Source of the DNA: Burkholderiales bacterium
GTDB lineage: Bacteria > Pseudomonadota > Gammaproteobacteria > Burkholderiales > Burkholderiaceae_C
Assembly: GCA_018969975.1 (NCBI GenBank)
Contig: JAGWXI010000003.1
Coordinates: 902 to 64,901 of the forward strand
Direction: 5' to 3'
Length of the DNA stretch: 64,000 nt
Shown here: positions 10,454 through 21,889 of the stretch, one piece after another
Layout: each line of letters opens with the position of its first letter
Numbering within the stretch: the stretch's first letter is position 1
The notes under the pieces: generated by a model
Told to the model about the DNA's origin: nothing
Database searches by the model: none
The model's input: the letters and a program-made list of their open reading frames with translations, nothing else
Position numbers and translations under genes: made by a program

Positions 10454-13255
10454 TTACAACGAACGGGCAACCTCTTTGATTTCAAAGAACTCCAACACAT
10501 CGCCTTCGACGATATCGTTGTAATTTTTGATGGTCAAGCCGCATTCAAAGTTCTCTTTGACTTCTTTGGCGTCGTCTTTGAAACGCTTCAAGCTGTCGAG
10601 TTCGCCTGTCAAGATAACCACGTTGTTGCGCAATAAGCGCAGCTTTGCGGTGCGACGTACCAAGCCAGAGGTAACCATACAACCCGCGATCGCACCAATT
10701 TTGCTGACCCGCAATACTTGGCGAATTTCTGCAGTGCCGATGATTTCTTCCTTCTTGTCTGGCGTCAACATGCCAGACATGGCAGCTTTGAGTTCGTCTA
10801 CTGCGTCGTAAATGATGTTGTAGTAACGGATTTCGACGTCATTGGTTTCGGCCAACTTGCGTGCACCTGCATCTGCGCGAGTGTTGAATCCAATCACCAC
10901 GGCTTTAGAGGCAATCGCCAAATTCACATCACTCTCACTAATGCCACCCACCGCGGCATATACCAGTTGTATCTTGACCTCGTCGGTTGACAACTTGAGT
11001 AAGGACGCAGCCAAGGCTTCTTGGGAACCCTGTACATCGGCTTTAACGATGATAGGCAGCATCTTGACATCACCGGAGGTCATGTCAGAGAACATGTTCT
11101 CAAGTTTCGATGCTTGTTGTTTAGCCAACTTGGTATTACGCACCTTGCCAGCGCGGTATGTCGCAATTTCACGGGCACGGCGCTCATCGGTCATGACCAT
11201 GAAGTCATCTCCCGCCTGTGGTACTTCAGTCAAGCCTTGGATCTCGACTGGAATAGAAGGGCCAGCTGTTTTGATAGGTTTGCCGTTTTCATCCAACATC
11301 GCTCTGACACGGCCAAATGTTTGACCCGCCAAGACCACGTCGCCCACATTCAAGGTGCCAGATTGCACCAAGACGGTGGCCACAGGTCCACGACCCTTGT
11401 CCAAACGCGCTTCGATCACAAGCCCCTTAGCCATTGCGTCAACAGGCGCTTTGAGTTCCAGCACTTCGGCTTGTAACAAGACTTGTTCAAGCAACCCATC
11501 AATGCCCTCGCCTGTTTTGGCAGAAACCAAGACAAACGGCGAATCGCCACCGAATTCTTCTGGGACCACTTCTTCGCTTACCAATTCACCTTTGACGCGC
11601 TCTGGATTCGCACCGGGTTTATCGATCTTATTGACCGCCACCACGATGGGTACGCCTGCCGCTTTTGCATGTTTAATGGCTTCTTTGGTTTGTGGCATCA
11701 CGCCGTCGTCGGCTGCCACTACCAAGATCACGATGTCCGTCGCTTTAGCACCGCGGGCACGCATGGCGGTAAACGCTTCGTGGCCTGGAGTGTCTAAGAA
11801 AGAAATCATGCCGCGTGGTGTTTCTACGTGGTAAGCGCCGATATGTTGGGTAATACCACCAGCCTCACCAGAAGCCACTTTGGCACGTCGGATGTAGTCG
11901 AGCAAAGATGTTTTACCGTGGTCTACGTGGCCCATGACCGTGACCACAGGAGCACGGGTCACCGCATCCGCATGGTGCACAGAAGCTTCTTCTTCGGTAA
12001 ATGCCTCGGGGTCATCCAAGGCAGCCACGATGGCTTTGTGGCCCATTTCTTCGACCAAAATCATTGCTGTGTCTTGGTCTAAAGGCTGGTTGATGGTGGC
12101 CATTTGGCCAAGCTTCATCAACTGCTTGATGACTTCAGACGCTTTGACAGCCATCTTGTGTGCGAGTTCAGCAACTGTGATGGTTTCAGGAACGTGGACT
12201 TCAATGACACGCGCTTCGACGGGCGCGCTGGACTCATGGATTTCTTCACGGCCTGATCGATCACGTCGTGCGCGGGGACCACTTCGCCAATTGTTGCGCC
12301 CAACACCACCACTGGTGTCACCACGGGTTTTGATTTCTTTCTTCTTGGCTTGTTCGTCTGCCCAGCTGGAGGACAGTTTTGCACTCTTAATTTCTTTATT
12401 GCCGGGTGCAGCGCTTGTACCGGGAGCGGGACGTTCTTTGGCGCTGGTGCTACCAGCAGGTTTGTGCAAAGTACCTTTGATGGGTTTGCCTTCTGCAGGT
12501 GGTGGAACCACTTTTTTGGGAGCAACTTTTTGCGGGGAATTCATCATGCCGCGAATAGCTTCAGCTTCAGCCAAGGCTTTGCGTCTGCGGGTATCGAGAT
12601 CTTTGGCTATTAAAGTGTCCTGTTCGGCACTGATCTGAGCAGCAAGTTTGGCATCCCTGATTGCATCTGCTTGTGCAGTCGCTTGCGCTGTTGCAGAAGT
12701 TTCCTCTACGGAGTTTTCTTCCTTGGCGGGACCTTTTTTAGCTTGAGAGGCTTCAGCTTCAATTGCAGCGGAGGCTTCTTTGGCTTCACGGACGCGGCGT
12801 TTTTCGGCTAGTTCTTCTTCCTGACGCCTTATAAGCTCGGCTTGACGTCTGGCATCATTTTCACGACGAGCCAGTTCATCATGCCCAATCACCGATTGCG
12901 TATTGGGTGCAGTAACTTGCGGCTCAGCAGGAGCGGTATTTTCTGTTTCGTTGTCATCTCGTTTGACAAATACCCGCTTCTTACGAACTTCAACTTGAAT
13001 GGTTCGGGCTTTGCCAGTGGCGTCAGCCTGTTTGATTTCACTCGTCGATTTTTTAACCAACGAGATTTTTTTACGTTCGGTAGTAGCTGTACCGTGGCTG
13101 GTTTGTAAGTGCGTCAAAAGCTTTTGTTTATCTTTTTCGGTTAGTGAGTCACTAGCCGATGATTTAGGTACTCCTGCAGAGACGAGTTGCTCAAGCAGGG
13201 TCTCGGTTGGTTTTTTGAGTTCTTTTGCAAACTCGGCTACTGTCGTAGTGGGCAT
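10454..13255 (-). CDS. infB: Translation initiation factor IF-2
   Basis: [41 protein letters not shown]. Confidence 0.99.
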   Translation of the reverse strand: MPTTTVAEFAKELKKPTETLLEQLVSAGVPKSSASDSLTEKDKQKLLTHLQTSHGTATTERKKISLVKKSTSEIKQADATGKARTIQVEVRKKRVFVKRDDNETENTAPAEPQVTAPNTQSVIGHDELARRENDARRQAELIRRQEEELAEKRRVREAKEASAAIEAEASQAKKGPAKEENSVEETSATAQATAQADAIRDAKLAAQISAEQDTLIAKDLDTRRRKALAEAEAIRGMMNSPQKVAPKKVVPPPAEGKPIKGTLHKPAGSTSAKERPAPGTSAAPGNKEIKSAKLSSSWADEQAKKKEIKTRGDTSGGVGRNNWRSGPRARRDRSGREEIHESSAPVEARVIEVHVPETITVAELAHKMAVKASEVIKQLMKLGQMATINQPLDQDTAMILVEEMGHKAIVAALDDPEAFTEEEASVHHADAVTRAPVVTVMGHVDHGKTSLLDYIRRAKVASGEAGGITQHIGAYHVETPRGMISFLDTPGHEAFTAMRARGAKATDIVILVVAADDGVMPQTKEAIKHAKAAGVPIVVAVNKIDKPGANPERVKGELVSEEVVPEEFGGDSPFVLVSAKTGEGIDGLLEQVLLQAEVLELKAPVDAMAKGLVIEARLDKGRGPVATVLVQSGTLNVGDVVLAGQTFGRVRAMLDENGKPIKTAGPSIPVEIQGLTEVPQAGDDFMVMTDERRAREIATYRAGKVRNTKLAKQQASKLENMFSDMTSGDVKMLPIIVKADVQGSQEALAASLLKLSTDEVKIQLVYAAVGGISESDVNLAIASKAVVIGFNTRADAGARKLAETNDVEIRYYNIIYDAVDELKAAMSGMLTPDKKEEIIGTAEIRQVLRVSKIGAIAGCMVTSGLVRRTAKLRLLRNNVVILTGELDSLKRFKDDAKEVKENFECGLTIKNYNDIVEGDVLEFFEIKEVARSL

Positions 13256-13279
13256 ATGTTGTGTTCCTTCCCATGACCG

Positions 13280-14764
13280 TTACTCAAGACCTGCGAACCA
13301 ATGTTCGCGCGCCTTCAAGATCAGGGTTTTGGCCTCTTCTTCGCTTTGGCCGGTGATGGCTGTGAGCTCGTCTACGGCCAAATCGGCCAAATCGTCACGG
13401 GTATGCACACCGTTCTCTGCCAGTTTGGGCAAGAGTTCAACATCCAATCCTTCAAGGTCGCGCAAATCTTGCGACACCTCTTCGACACTTTCTTCGCGAG
13501 CGATTTCCATCGTCAACAAAGCGTCTTTGGCGCGGCTGCGCAATTCATTGACCGTGTCTTCGTCAAAGCTTTCGATCTCGAGCATTTCTTGCAGCGGAAC
13601 GTAGGCGACTTCTTCTAAACTGGTGAAGCCTTCTTCGATCAAGATGTCTGCTACTTCTTGATCGACATCGAGCTTGTCCATGAACAAAGCTCGGATTGAA
13701 TGCGATTCATCAGCCTGCTTTTGGGCGGATTCGGCTGCGTCCATGATGTTGATTTTCCAGCCGGTGAGGTCAGAGGCCAAACGCACGTTTTGGCCACCAC
13801 GTCCAATCGCGATGGCGAGGTTCTCCTCGTCGACCACCACGTCCATCGCGTGTTTTTCTTCATCAACCACGATAGAACTGACGTTGGCAGGGGCCAGAGC
13901 ACCGATCACGAATTGGGCTGGGTCTTCGCTCCACAAAACGATGTCAACGCGCTCTCCAGCAAGCTCGGTGGTGACCGCATTCACGCGGGTACCGCGCACG
14001 CCCACACAGGTGCCGATAGGGTCAACACGTTTGTCGTGCGACAACACAGCAATCTTGGCGCGTGAACCGGGGTCACGGGCGCAGGATTTGATTTCCAACA
14101 AGCCTTGCTCGATTTCAGGCACCTCATGGCGAAACAACTCCACCATGTATTCAGGAGCCGAACGCGACAAGATGATGGGTGCGCCGCGCAATGTGAGGTC
14201 GACGTCCATGATCATGGCGCGCACACGGTCACCGTTACGCAGGTTTTCTTTGGGGATCATTTCGCCACGGCGCAGACGGCCTTCGACGCGACCCGCTTCC
14301 ACAATGATGTCGCCCTTGTCCATGCGTTTGACAGTGCCGACAAAGATTTTTTCGCCGCGTGCCATGAAGTCGTTGAGCAACATTTCGCGCTCTGCATCGC
14401 GGATTTTTTGCAAAATGACTTGCTTCGCAGCCATCGCGCCAATGCGGCCGATGGGCAAGGACTCGATACCTTCTTCGATGTATTCGCCCTCTTCGACGTC
14501 GGCTACCCGCTCGCGGGCATCCATCAAAAGTTCTTCGGCATCAGGATTTTGCAGACCAGCTTCGTCAGGAACGACTAACCAGCGGCGGAAGGTTTCATAG
14601 TCACCCGTGTCACGGTCCATGGCGACGCGGATGTCTACATCTCCTTCGTAGAGTTTTTTGGTCGCTTGTGCGAGCGCAGACTCCACAGCGCCGAAGACGA
14701 TATCGCGCTCCACGTTTTTCTCGCGCGAGATGGCATCTACCAACATCAACATTTCGCGGTTCAT
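13280..14764 (-). CDS. nusA: Transcription termination/antitermination factor NusA
   Basis: [37 protein letters not shown]-terminal acidic repeats. Confidence 0.98.
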   Translation of the reverse strand: MNREMLMLVDAISREKNVERDIVFGAVESALAQATKKLYEGDVDIRVAMDRDTGDYETFRRWLVVPDEAGLQNPDAEELLMDARERVADVEEGEYIEEGIESLPIGRIGAMAAKQVILQKIRDAEREMLLNDFMARGEKIFVGTVKRMDKGDIIVEAGRVEGRLRRGEMIPKENLRNGDRVRAMIMDVDLTLRGAPIILSRSAPEYMVELFRHEVPEIEQGLLEIKSCARDPGSRAKIAVLSHDKRVDPIGTCVGVRGTRVNAVTTELAGERVDIVLWSEDPAQFVIGALAPANVSSIVVDEEKHAMDVVVDEENLAIAIGRGGQNVRLASDLTGWKINIMDAAESAQKQADESHSIRALFMDKLDVDQEVADILIEEGFTSLEEVAYVPLQEMLEIESFDEDTVNELRSRAKDALLTMEIAREESVEEVSQDLRDLEGLDVELLPKLAENGVHTRDDLADLAVDELTAITGQSEEEAKTLILKAREHWFAGLE

Positions 14765-14792
14765 AACGACTACTCCTTCTCAAGACCTAAGT

Positions 14793-15350
14793 TCAACGGG
14801 GCTTTCTGCCCTTGAAATCCACAATCGGTGCCAGACGTGCTTCACGCAACTCGTCTAACGTGAACCCCAGTACGTGTACGGGGGTTTCCATTCTTTTTTT
14901 GCTGATTTTCTGGCCTGGCTTTGCCTCTGGCACATCACGCCATGTGATTTGCCAACCTGTGCCGTCCGCTGTGCGCTCGAGCGTGCCACGAAACTTTTTG
15001 CGGTTTGCCGACACTTGGCCTGCCGCCGCGGCGCCTATCGGCGCTTTTAGCGTCAGGTCCACCAGTTCGCCGGCAAACCTCTCAAAGTCTTGTGCATGCC
15101 GAAGCACCCGATCAATACCAGGTGAAGAAACCTCCAACCGTTGGTATTGCGAGCCATCGACTTCGAGGGCAAATTGCAGTTGACGGGTGACCCGCTCGCA
15201 ATCTTCCACGTTGACGAAAAGCTCGGGCGACTCTGCGCTCCAGGGGTGATCAATCGTGATGCGCAAAAGGCCTCCAGCGGAGCGTTCAATCTCCACTAGG
15301 TCGTACCCTAAGCCGGTCACGGTTTCTTCCACTGTTTGCTGCAAGGCCAC
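14793..15350 (-). CDS. rimP: Ribosome maturation factor RimP
   Basis: EDCERV, LEVSSPGIDR; first gene of the nusA-infB operon; GTG at 15350 is the likely start. Confidence 0.93.
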   Translation of the reverse strand: MALQQTVEETVTGLGYDLVEIERSAGGLLRITIDHPWSAESPELFVNVEDCERVTRQLQFALEVDGSQYQRLEVSSPGIDRVLRHAQDFERFAGELVDLTLKAPIGAAAAGQVSANRKKFRGTLERTADGTGWQITWRDVPEAKPGQKISKKRMETPVHVLGFTLDELREARLAPIVDFKGRKPR

Positions 15351-15390
15351 TTCGACAAAAAACCTTCCAAACCCAACCACCAAAAACAAT

Positions 15391-15433
15391 CGACCAAAAA
15401 AAACGGGCCGGTAATTACCCGCCCGTTTGGTCG
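15391..15433 (-). terminator. rimP-leader-type terminator hairpin
   Basis: Minus strand AAACGGGC-GGGTAATTACCG-GCCCGTTTTTTTT, located between the predicted promoter and rimP. Confidence 0.75.
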
Positions 15434-15443
15434 TGAAGCGCTC

Positions 15444-15472
15444 ATTGTAACGCCTAAATGCTTGATTTGCAA
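15444..15472 (-). promoter_or_regulatory. sigma70 promoter of the rimP-nusA-infB operon
   Basis: Minus strand TTGCAA-N17-TACAAT, close to consensus. Confidence 0.75.
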
Positions 15473-15481
15473 AGGTTTAGT

Positions 15482-17125
15482 TCATTTTTTGTCGTATCCG
15501 GCGTTGACCAAAAGTCGGGTGTAGGGATGGGTGGAATGGTGCAGGATATGGTCGATATTGCCTGAATCGACCAACTTGGCGTTTTGCACCACCAGAACTT
15601 GGTGCGCCATCGCACGGATCACGTCTACATCGTGGGTAATCAGCAAATAACTCAAGCCGCGCTGTTTTTGTAACTTTTGAAGTAGTTGCAAGACTTGCTG
15701 TTGGGTGGTGACGTCCAAAGCGCTGGTGGGCTCATCCAAAATTAAAACTTGGGGGTCGAGCACCAGCACACGCGCAATTGCCAGCCGTTGACGCTGTCCT
15801 CCCGAGAATTCATGCGGATAACGTGACAACAAATTAGGGAATTCTTGCTCGGTCAATCCAACAGAGGACAAGGCGATAAGAACGCGGCGAAGGCGTCCTA
15901 AGCTATCCAATTCAGGCAAATGGACCGCTATCCCCTCGGCAATTATTTCTGCGACATTCATCCGCGGAGACAAGGATGAAAAAGGGTCTTGAAATACCAC
16001 TTGCACGGTGCGTCTGAGGGGCAAATCGACTTGGGCATCACCGGACCAAGAGTGTCCAGAGACTTTCATCTGGCCATGGATCGGAACCAGACCCAAAGCG
16101 GCCAAAGCTAAGCTCGTTTTTCCAGAGCCGGATTCACCAATAACGCCCAGGGTTTGACCTTGGCGCAATACAAAATTCACCTCTTGCAAAGCTGTAAATT
16201 TTTTAGGTTTGAACCAAGCTTTCACGCCACCACCACGGATGGGGTAAGAAACCCCTAATCCCCAACCTTGTAATAACACGGGCGCGTCTGGTGGCGGAAG
16301 AACTACGTCGCGGATGGGCTGACTGTTGAGTAGTTTTTGTGTGTAGGGGTGGCGTGGATCAGCCAACACCTCTTTGGCCTCCCCTTGCTCGACAACCATG
16401 CCTTTTTCCATCACCAAAACGCGATCGGCGAATCGACGCACGGCTTCCAGGTCATGGGTAATGAGTAGAACAGCCATGCCAAAGCGGTATTGCAAGTGGT
16501 CCAGCAAATCCAATATTTGGCTACGAACCGTCACATCCAAGGCGGTGGTGGGTTCATCAGCAATCAACAAACGCGGACGGCAAGCCAAGGCCATGGCGAT
16601 CATCACCCGTTGTCGTTGCCCTCCCGAGAGTTGGTGCGGATAAGACTTAGCACGCCGCACGGGTTCAGAAATGCCCGTCACTTTGATCAAATCGATCGCT
16701 TCGTGCCAAGCTTCTTCGCGGGTCATACCCCGTTTGATGAGAAGCACTTCAGAAATTTGCTCACCCACGGTAAACAGTGGGTTCAAGGCGGTCATTGGTT
16801 CCTGGAATACAAACGCAATGTCCTGACCGCGAATAAATTCCAACTGTTTTTCTGTCAGTTTGACTAAATCCAGGGTGCTCGGAGAGTCCGTGGAGTCGGG
16901 CGCTACGTTTTGTTCATCTTGTCGCGTCCAAAGGCATCGCCCTGAGAGTTGAGCGCCCTCGATAAGTTTGACCAAACTCAACGCAAGTACGCTCTTTCCC
17001 GAACCAGACTCACCGACCAGGGCAATCTTTTCACCCAATGCCAAATTGAATGAAATACCTTTAACAACCTCTACTTGGTTAAATGCGATTCGAAGTTCGC
17101 GGACTTGTAAAAGAGGTAGTCTCAT
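15482..17125 (-). CDS. yejF: Peptide ABC transporter dual ATPase (YejF-like)
   Basis: Two GESGSGK(S/T) Walker A motifs and two SGGQRQR signatures. Confidence 0.85.
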   Translation of the reverse strand: MRLPLLQVRELRIAFNQVEVVKGISFNLALGEKIALVGESGSGKSVLALSLVKLIEGAQLSGRCLWTRQDEQNVAPDSTDSPSTLDLVKLTEKQLEFIRGQDIAFVFQEPMTALNPLFTVGEQISEVLLIKRGMTREEAWHEAIDLIKVTGISEPVRRAKSYPHQLSGGQRQRVMIAMALACRPRLLIADEPTTALDVTVRSQILDLLDHLQYRFGMAVLLITHDLEAVRRFADRVLVMEKGMVVEQGEAKEVLADPRHPYTQKLLNSQPIRDVVLPPPDAPVLLQGWGLGVSYPIRGGGVKAWFKPKKFTALQEVNFVLRQGQTLGVIGESGSGKTSLALAALGLVPIHGQMKVSGHSWSGDAQVDLPLRRTVQVVFQDPFSSLSPRMNVAEIIAEGIAVHLPELDSLGRLRRVLIALSSVGLTEQEFPNLLSRYPHEFSGGQRQRLAIARVLVLDPQVLILDEPTSALDVTTQQQVLQLLQKLQKQRGLSYLLITHDVDVIRAMAHQVLVVQNAKLVDSGNIDHILHHSTHPYTRLLVNAGYDKK

Positions 17126-18165
17126 GCGTTGATCTTTCGGGGATCAAGCGCATCGCGCAGGGCGTCGCCCATAAAAGTTAACAACATCAAAGTTATAACC
17201 AGCACCCCAAAGGTCGATAAAGATATCCACCAAGCGTCGATGTTGCTTTTCCCTTGGGCCAATAGTTCACCTAAGCTAGGGGTTCCAGGGGGTACTCCAA
17301 GACCCAAAAAATCCAGCGACGTCAAGGCCAAAATCGCTGCACTCATGCGAAAGGGCAAAAAAGTCACTACCGGCGTCAGGCTGTTGGGCAGCACATGGCT
17401 TTTGATAATGGCCCAATTGCTCAATCCCAATGCACGCGCAGCACGAACGTAGTCAAGTTGGCGATTTCTTAAAAACTCCGCACGCACATAGTCTGATAAA
17501 CCCATCCAGCCAAATAAGCCCAACAGTACCAATAGCAAGCCTATGCTGGGATCAAAAACTGCTGAAAAAATAATGAGTAAGTACAACTCCGGCATAGCGC
17601 TCCATATTTCAATGAGACGCTGCATCGTCAAATCGATCTTGCCGCCAAAAAAACCTTGGATTGCGCCGGTTAAAACCCCAATCACAGTGCCAAAAATAGT
17701 TAGTGCCAGGGCAAATAAAACTGAGATACGAAAACCATACAGCAGTCGGGCAACCACATCGCGCCCTCTGTCATCTGTCCCAAGCCAGTTGTCTGCTGAG
17801 GGAGCGGCAGGATGCGGCGCCTTCGCAAAATAATTGAGAGTGCTGTGGTGGTAAGGGTTGATCGGGTAGATCGCCCAGTTTCCTTTTTTTTCAAATTCGG
17901 ACTGTATGAATGGGTCGAGAAAGTCAGTAGGCGTATCAAAGTCACCCCCAAATGCTGTCTCAGGAATGGTTTGAATAACAGGCACATACCAACTTCCTTG
18001 GTAACCAGCTAGCAAAGGTTTATCGTTAGAGATGACTTCCGCAAAGAGACTGACAAAGAACATCGCGGCAAAAACTACAGCGCTGTAAAAACCCAATCGA
18101 TTGGCCCTGAAGCGGAACCAAGCCCGTTTAAGCGGAGGAAGTGAGTGGTTAGTCGAATTTGACAC
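17122..18165 (-). CDS. yejE: Peptide ABC transporter permease (YejE-like)
   Basis: NWLGTDDRGRDVVARLLYGFRIS, VRAEFLRNR; GTG start about 18165. Confidence 0.87.
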   Translation of the reverse strand: MSNSTNHSLPPLKRAWFRFRANRLGFYSAVVFAAMFFVSLFAEVISNDKPLLAGYQGSWYVPVIQTIPETAFGGDFDTPTDFLDPFIQSEFEKKGNWAIYPINPYHHSTLNYFAKAPHPAAPSADNWLGTDDRGRDVVARLLYGFRISVLFALALTIFGTVIGVLTGAIQGFFGGKIDLTMQRLIEIWSAMPELYLLIIFSAVFDPSIGLLLVLLGLFGWMGLSDYVRAEFLRNRQLDYVRAARALGLSNWAIIKSHVLPNSLTPVVTFLPFRMSAAILALTSLDFLGLGVPPGTPSLGELLAQGKSNIDAWWISLSTFGVLVITLMLLTFMGDALRDALDPRKINA

Positions 18166-19183
18166 GTGGATCCACCCAGACATAACAAAGGTCACTGATG
18201 AGCTTGGTGACCAAGCCTATCAAGGTAAATAAATACAAAGTACCCAACACTACAGGGTAGTCGCGGCGCATCACACTCTCAAAACTCAAAAGTCCAAGCC
18301 CATCAAGCGAGAAAAGCGTCTCAATCAACAGTGAACCTGTGAAAAATGCTCCGACAAACGCCGCTGGAAAACCTGTAACCAGTGGAATTAAAGCATTGCG
18401 AAAGACATGTACCCACAAGACTCGACGAGGCGACAAACCCTTCGCTCTAGCCGTCAACACATATTGTTTGCGGATTTCTTCCAGCATGGCGTTTTTGGTC
18501 AGCATAGTAATAACTGCAAATGAGCCCAAAACGCTGGCTGTAACAGGCAAAACGATGTGCCATAAATAGTCTGTGATGCGCTCCATCCATCCCAATTGCG
18601 CCCAATTAGTTGAAGTCAGTCCGCGTAAGGGAAACCATTGCAACTGCCCGCCAAAAACCACCAACAGCAGCACGCCTAAAACAAAACCTGGAATCGCATA
18701 ACCCGTCAGTACGATCAAACTGGTGACAGTGTCAAACCGGGAACCTGACCGTACTGCCTTGGCTACGCCTAGTGGCACCGAAATGGCGTAGCTTATAAAA
18801 AAAGTCCACAGTCCTAAACTGATAGATACAGGAAGCTTTTCTTTGATCAATTCCCAAACGTCTTTAGGATAAAAAAAGCTTTTACCAAGATCAAATCGGG
18901 CAAATTGCTGAACCATTTGCCAAAACCGCTCTGGGGCTGGCTTATCAAAACCATAGAGTTGCTTAATTTCCTCAATGCGCGCAGCATCTACGCCTTGGCG
19001 TCCACGGTAACCAGCCCCTGTGGCTGCTGCGCCCTCACCGCCACTGTCTCGCCCTTGTAATTGCGACACCATTTGTTCGACCGGTCCACCGGGCACAAAT
19101 TGGATCACTGCAAAAGTCAGCATCAAGACGCCCAAGAGGGTAGGCACCATCAGCAATAAACGTTTGAAAATATATGCCGTCAT
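18149..19183 (-). CDS. yejB: Peptide ABC transporter permease (YejB-like)
   Basis: IQFVPGGPVEQ, YVLTARAKGL, YVWVDPRV. Confidence 0.88.
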   Translation of the reverse strand: MTAYIFKRLLLMVPTLLGVLMLTFAVIQFVPGGPVEQMVSQLQGRDSGGEGAAATGAGYRGRQGVDAARIEEIKQLYGFDKPAPERFWQMVQQFARFDLGKSFFYPKDVWELIKEKLPVSISLGLWTFFISYAISVPLGVAKAVRSGSRFDTVTSLIVLTGYAIPGFVLGVLLLVVFGGQLQWFPLRGLTSTNWAQLGWMERITDYLWHIVLPVTASVLGSFAVITMLTKNAMLEEIRKQYVLTARAKGLSPRRVLWVHVFRNALIPLVTGFPAAFVGAFFTGSLLIETLFSLDGLGLLSFESVMRRDYPVVLGTLYLFTLIGLVTKLISDLCYVWVDPRVKFD

Positions 19184-19184
19184 A

Positions 19185-21044
19185 TCAATTCACAACTGCT
19201 TTCCCAGCAGACAGATCTACCCGATTTTTAATCGTGGCCCACCAAGTCGATGTGGCCCAGGCTTCTGGCTGGTAATACCTAGGGGTAATACGAGGCAGCT
19301 CAAATCGGCCGTTGCGCCAAGCGACACGGTGCACGCCGCCATACCAGTGCGGGACACTGTAATGGCCATGGCGTAAAACACGGTCTAAAGCGCGAACAGC
19401 TGTCACCAACTGCGCTCTGGTGTTGGCCGCAATCACTTTCTGTAGCAAAGCATCGACTGCGGGGTCACTGATACCCATGTAATTGGCAGATCCTTCGGTT
19501 TGCGCTGCCTTTGAACCAAATCGCTCAAATAATTCCGTACCTGGCGACTCCGAGCCCACATTCCGATTGCTAATGATCTCGAAGTCAAATACATCAAGTC
19601 GTTTTTGCAAAATGGCAAAGTCAATCACCTTGTAATTGACTTTGAAGCCCAATTTTTCGAGGTTTTTGGCGTAGGGCGTGACCACCCGGCCCATGGAGCC
19701 TGAGTTGTCTAAAAACTCTAAGGTGAAGGGTTCCCCTTTGGCATTGCGCAAAGCGCCGTCTCGGTAAATCCAACCCGCATCCGCCAATAGTTTTTTAGCA
19801 CGCCGCAAATGGTCGCGCAAAGTGTGGCCTGAGGCTGTGTCCATCGAAGTCACAGGTGGAACAGGCACATTTTGGGTGAGCACTGCAGCCGAGAGTTTGT
19901 CGCGCAAAGGCAAAAGCAAGGCCATTTCGTTTGCATCTGGCAGTCCAGTTGCCTCAAAGTCGCTGCCTACGAAATATCCGCGCACGCGTTGGTAAGCGTT
20001 ATAAAACAGCTGCCGATTGATCCATTCAAAATCAACAGCCAAACCAATAGCTTCGCGCACACGCACATCTTGGAATTTTTCTAACCGGGTGTTCAACAAA
20101 AACCCTTGAAAGTCCCCCGCATTGCCGTGCTTGAGTTCGCGTTTGATCAACTCGCCATTGGCAAACTGCTTGCCCGTGTAGCCCCTCGCCCACTCACGGG
20201 CAATGAAAGACTGGATTAAATCAAACTCGCCCGCCTTGAAGCCTTCGAGTTGGGCTGTGTTGTCTTTGTAAAGCCTGTAGGTAATGCGGTCAAAGTTAAA
20301 CATGCCCACGCGAACATTGAGTTCACGCCCCCAATAGTCTGGGTTACGGTCATAACTGATGTCGCGACCAAAAGCCGTTTGGCCGGCAACGTAAGGACCG
20401 CTTGCAATAGGGAACTCTGTAATGAGTTTGTCAAACGCCTTACGCGGGGCGTTATCTTGTTGGCCCCATCGTGCGCTAAAAACAGGCATCCCACCTACGA
20501 TCAAAGGCAACTCGGGATTGGCAGAGCGAAATTCAAAGCGCACAGTGCGAACGTCTATCACGTTTATGCCAGCAACTTCAGCATACAGAGTTCGAAATTG
20601 CGGGGCCGCTTGTTTACTGATTAAGGTCTCGAAGGAATGTTTAACGTCTTGGGCCGTTACAGGATCGTTATTGTTAAAACGGGCCTGGGGACGTATCTTA
20701 AAAACCACCGATCGCTTATCGGGCGCTACGCTCACATCCTCTGCCAGCAAACCATACGCAGTAGTGGGTTCATCCATAGTCCCCACCAGCAAAGACTCAA
20801 ATACAAGTTGTCCCAAACCAGGAGCAGCTGTCCCTTTGAGCGTAAAAGGGTTGAACTTATCAAAACTCGTTACCCGGGAAGGGGGAACCAAAATTAATTC
20901 ACCCCCTTTAGGGGCTTGCGGATTGACATAGTCCAAAAATTTGAAATTGACTGGATATTTGATATCCCCAAACTGGGCATAAGCATGGGCTGCCCAGCAC
21001 GATGGGAACCACATAAAAGCCAAAAAAACTACAAAACTGCGCAT
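19185..21044 (-). CDS. yejA: Peptide ABC transporter substrate-binding protein (YejA-like)
   Basis: [21 protein letters not shown]; signal peptide from ATG 21044 ([10 protein letters not shown]...). Confidence 0.87.
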   Translation of the reverse strand: MRSFVVFLAFMWFPSCWAAHAYAQFGDIKYPVNFKFLDYVNPQAPKGGELILVPPSRVTSFDKFNPFTLKGTAAPGLGQLVFESLLVGTMDEPTTAYGLLAEDVSVAPDKRSVVFKIRPQARFNNNDPVTAQDVKHSFETLISKQAAPQFRTLYAEVAGINVIDVRTVRFEFRSANPELPLIVGGMPVFSARWGQQDNAPRKAFDKLITEFPIASGPYVAGQTAFGRDISYDRNPDYWGRELNVRVGMFNFDRITYRLYKDNTAQLEGFKAGEFDLIQSFIAREWARGYTGKQFANGELIKRELKHGNAGDFQGFLLNTRLEKFQDVRVREAIGLAVDFEWINRQLFYNAYQRVRGYFVGSDFEATGLPDANEMALLLPLRDKLSAAVLTQNVPVPPVTSMDTASGHTLRDHLRRAKKLLADAGWIYRDGALRNAKGEPFTLEFLDNSGSMGRVVTPYAKNLEKLGFKVNYKVIDFAILQKRLDVFDFEIISNRNVGSESPGTELFERFGSKAAQTEGSANYMGISDPAVDALLQKVIAANTRAQLVTAVRALDRVLRHGHYSVPHWYGGVHRVAWRNGRFELPRITPRYYQPEAWATSTWWATIKNRVDLSAGKAVVN

Positions 21045-21079
21045 GCGACAATTCTGCAAGATTTTTTTGGAGTCAATCT

Positions 21080-21886
21080 GTGGGTACAAAAACTGGCTTT
21101 CTTACTGGGAAAAAACTGCTCATCACCGGCGTTTTATCGAACCGCTCCATCGCTTATGGCATTGCCAAAGCCTGTCATGACCAAGGCGCAGATCTCGCCT
21201 TCGGATATGTAGGAGAGCGTTTCAAAGAGCGCATCACCGAATTTGCTGCCGATTTTGGCTCCCAACTCGTTTTTGACTGCGATGTCGCCAACGACCTACA
21301 AATCGACCAATTATTCAAAGACTTGAGCAGGCATTGGCCCACCTTCGATGGTTTTGTCCACAGCATTGGTTTCGCCCCCAAAGAGGCAATTGCAGGCGAT
21401 TTCCTGGAAGGTCTCTCCCGCGAATCCTTCCAAATTGCACATGACATCAGTGCCTACAGCTTTCCCGCTTTGGCCAAAGCGGCGCTACCTTACCTCAACG
21501 ATAGATCTGCCGTGTTGACCTTGTCTTATTTAGGCGCCATCCGCACCGTACCGAACTACAACACCATGGGCTTGGCTAAGGCCTCCTTAGAAGCATCGGT
21601 GCGATACCTAGCAGAATCTTTAGGTAGCAAGAATCGCGGACTACGCGCCAACGGTATCAGTGCGGGACCCATTAAAACCTTGGCTGCAAGTGGTATTAAA
21701 GGTTTTGGCAAGATTTTGAGCGTTGTGGCGGAGGCTTCGCCCATTCGCCGCAATGTCACTATAGAAGATGTTGGCAACGTGGCCGCATTCTTGATGAGTG
21801 ACTTAGCTGCAGGGGTAACGGCTGAAATTACCTATGTGGATGGCGGATTTAGCCAAGTGGTCGGTGGAATAGCCGACCCTAGCTAA
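21080..21886 (+). CDS. fabI: Enoyl-ACP reductase
   Basis: [35 protein letters not shown]; GTG start preceded by GGAG. Confidence 0.97.
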   Translation: MGTKTGFLTGKKLLITGVLSNRSIAYGIAKACHDQGADLAFGYVGERFKERITEFAADFGSQLVFDCDVANDLQIDQLFKDLSRHWPTFDGFVHSIGFAPKEAIAGDFLEGLSRESFQIAHDISAYSFPALAKAALPYLNDRSAVLTLSYLGAIRTVPNYNTMGLAKASLEASVRYLAESLGSKNRGLRANGISAGPIKTLAASGIKGFGKILSVVAEASPIRRNVTIEDVGNVAAFLMSDLAAGVTAEITYVDGGFSQVVGGIADPS

Positions 21887-21889
21887 TTT

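Noticed and set aside
13674-14600. 308-aa antisense ORF inside nusA, and similar ones in typA, infB, ilvC and ilvI
   Set aside because: Long antisense frames are expected opposite strongly codon-biased genes; no recognisable motifs
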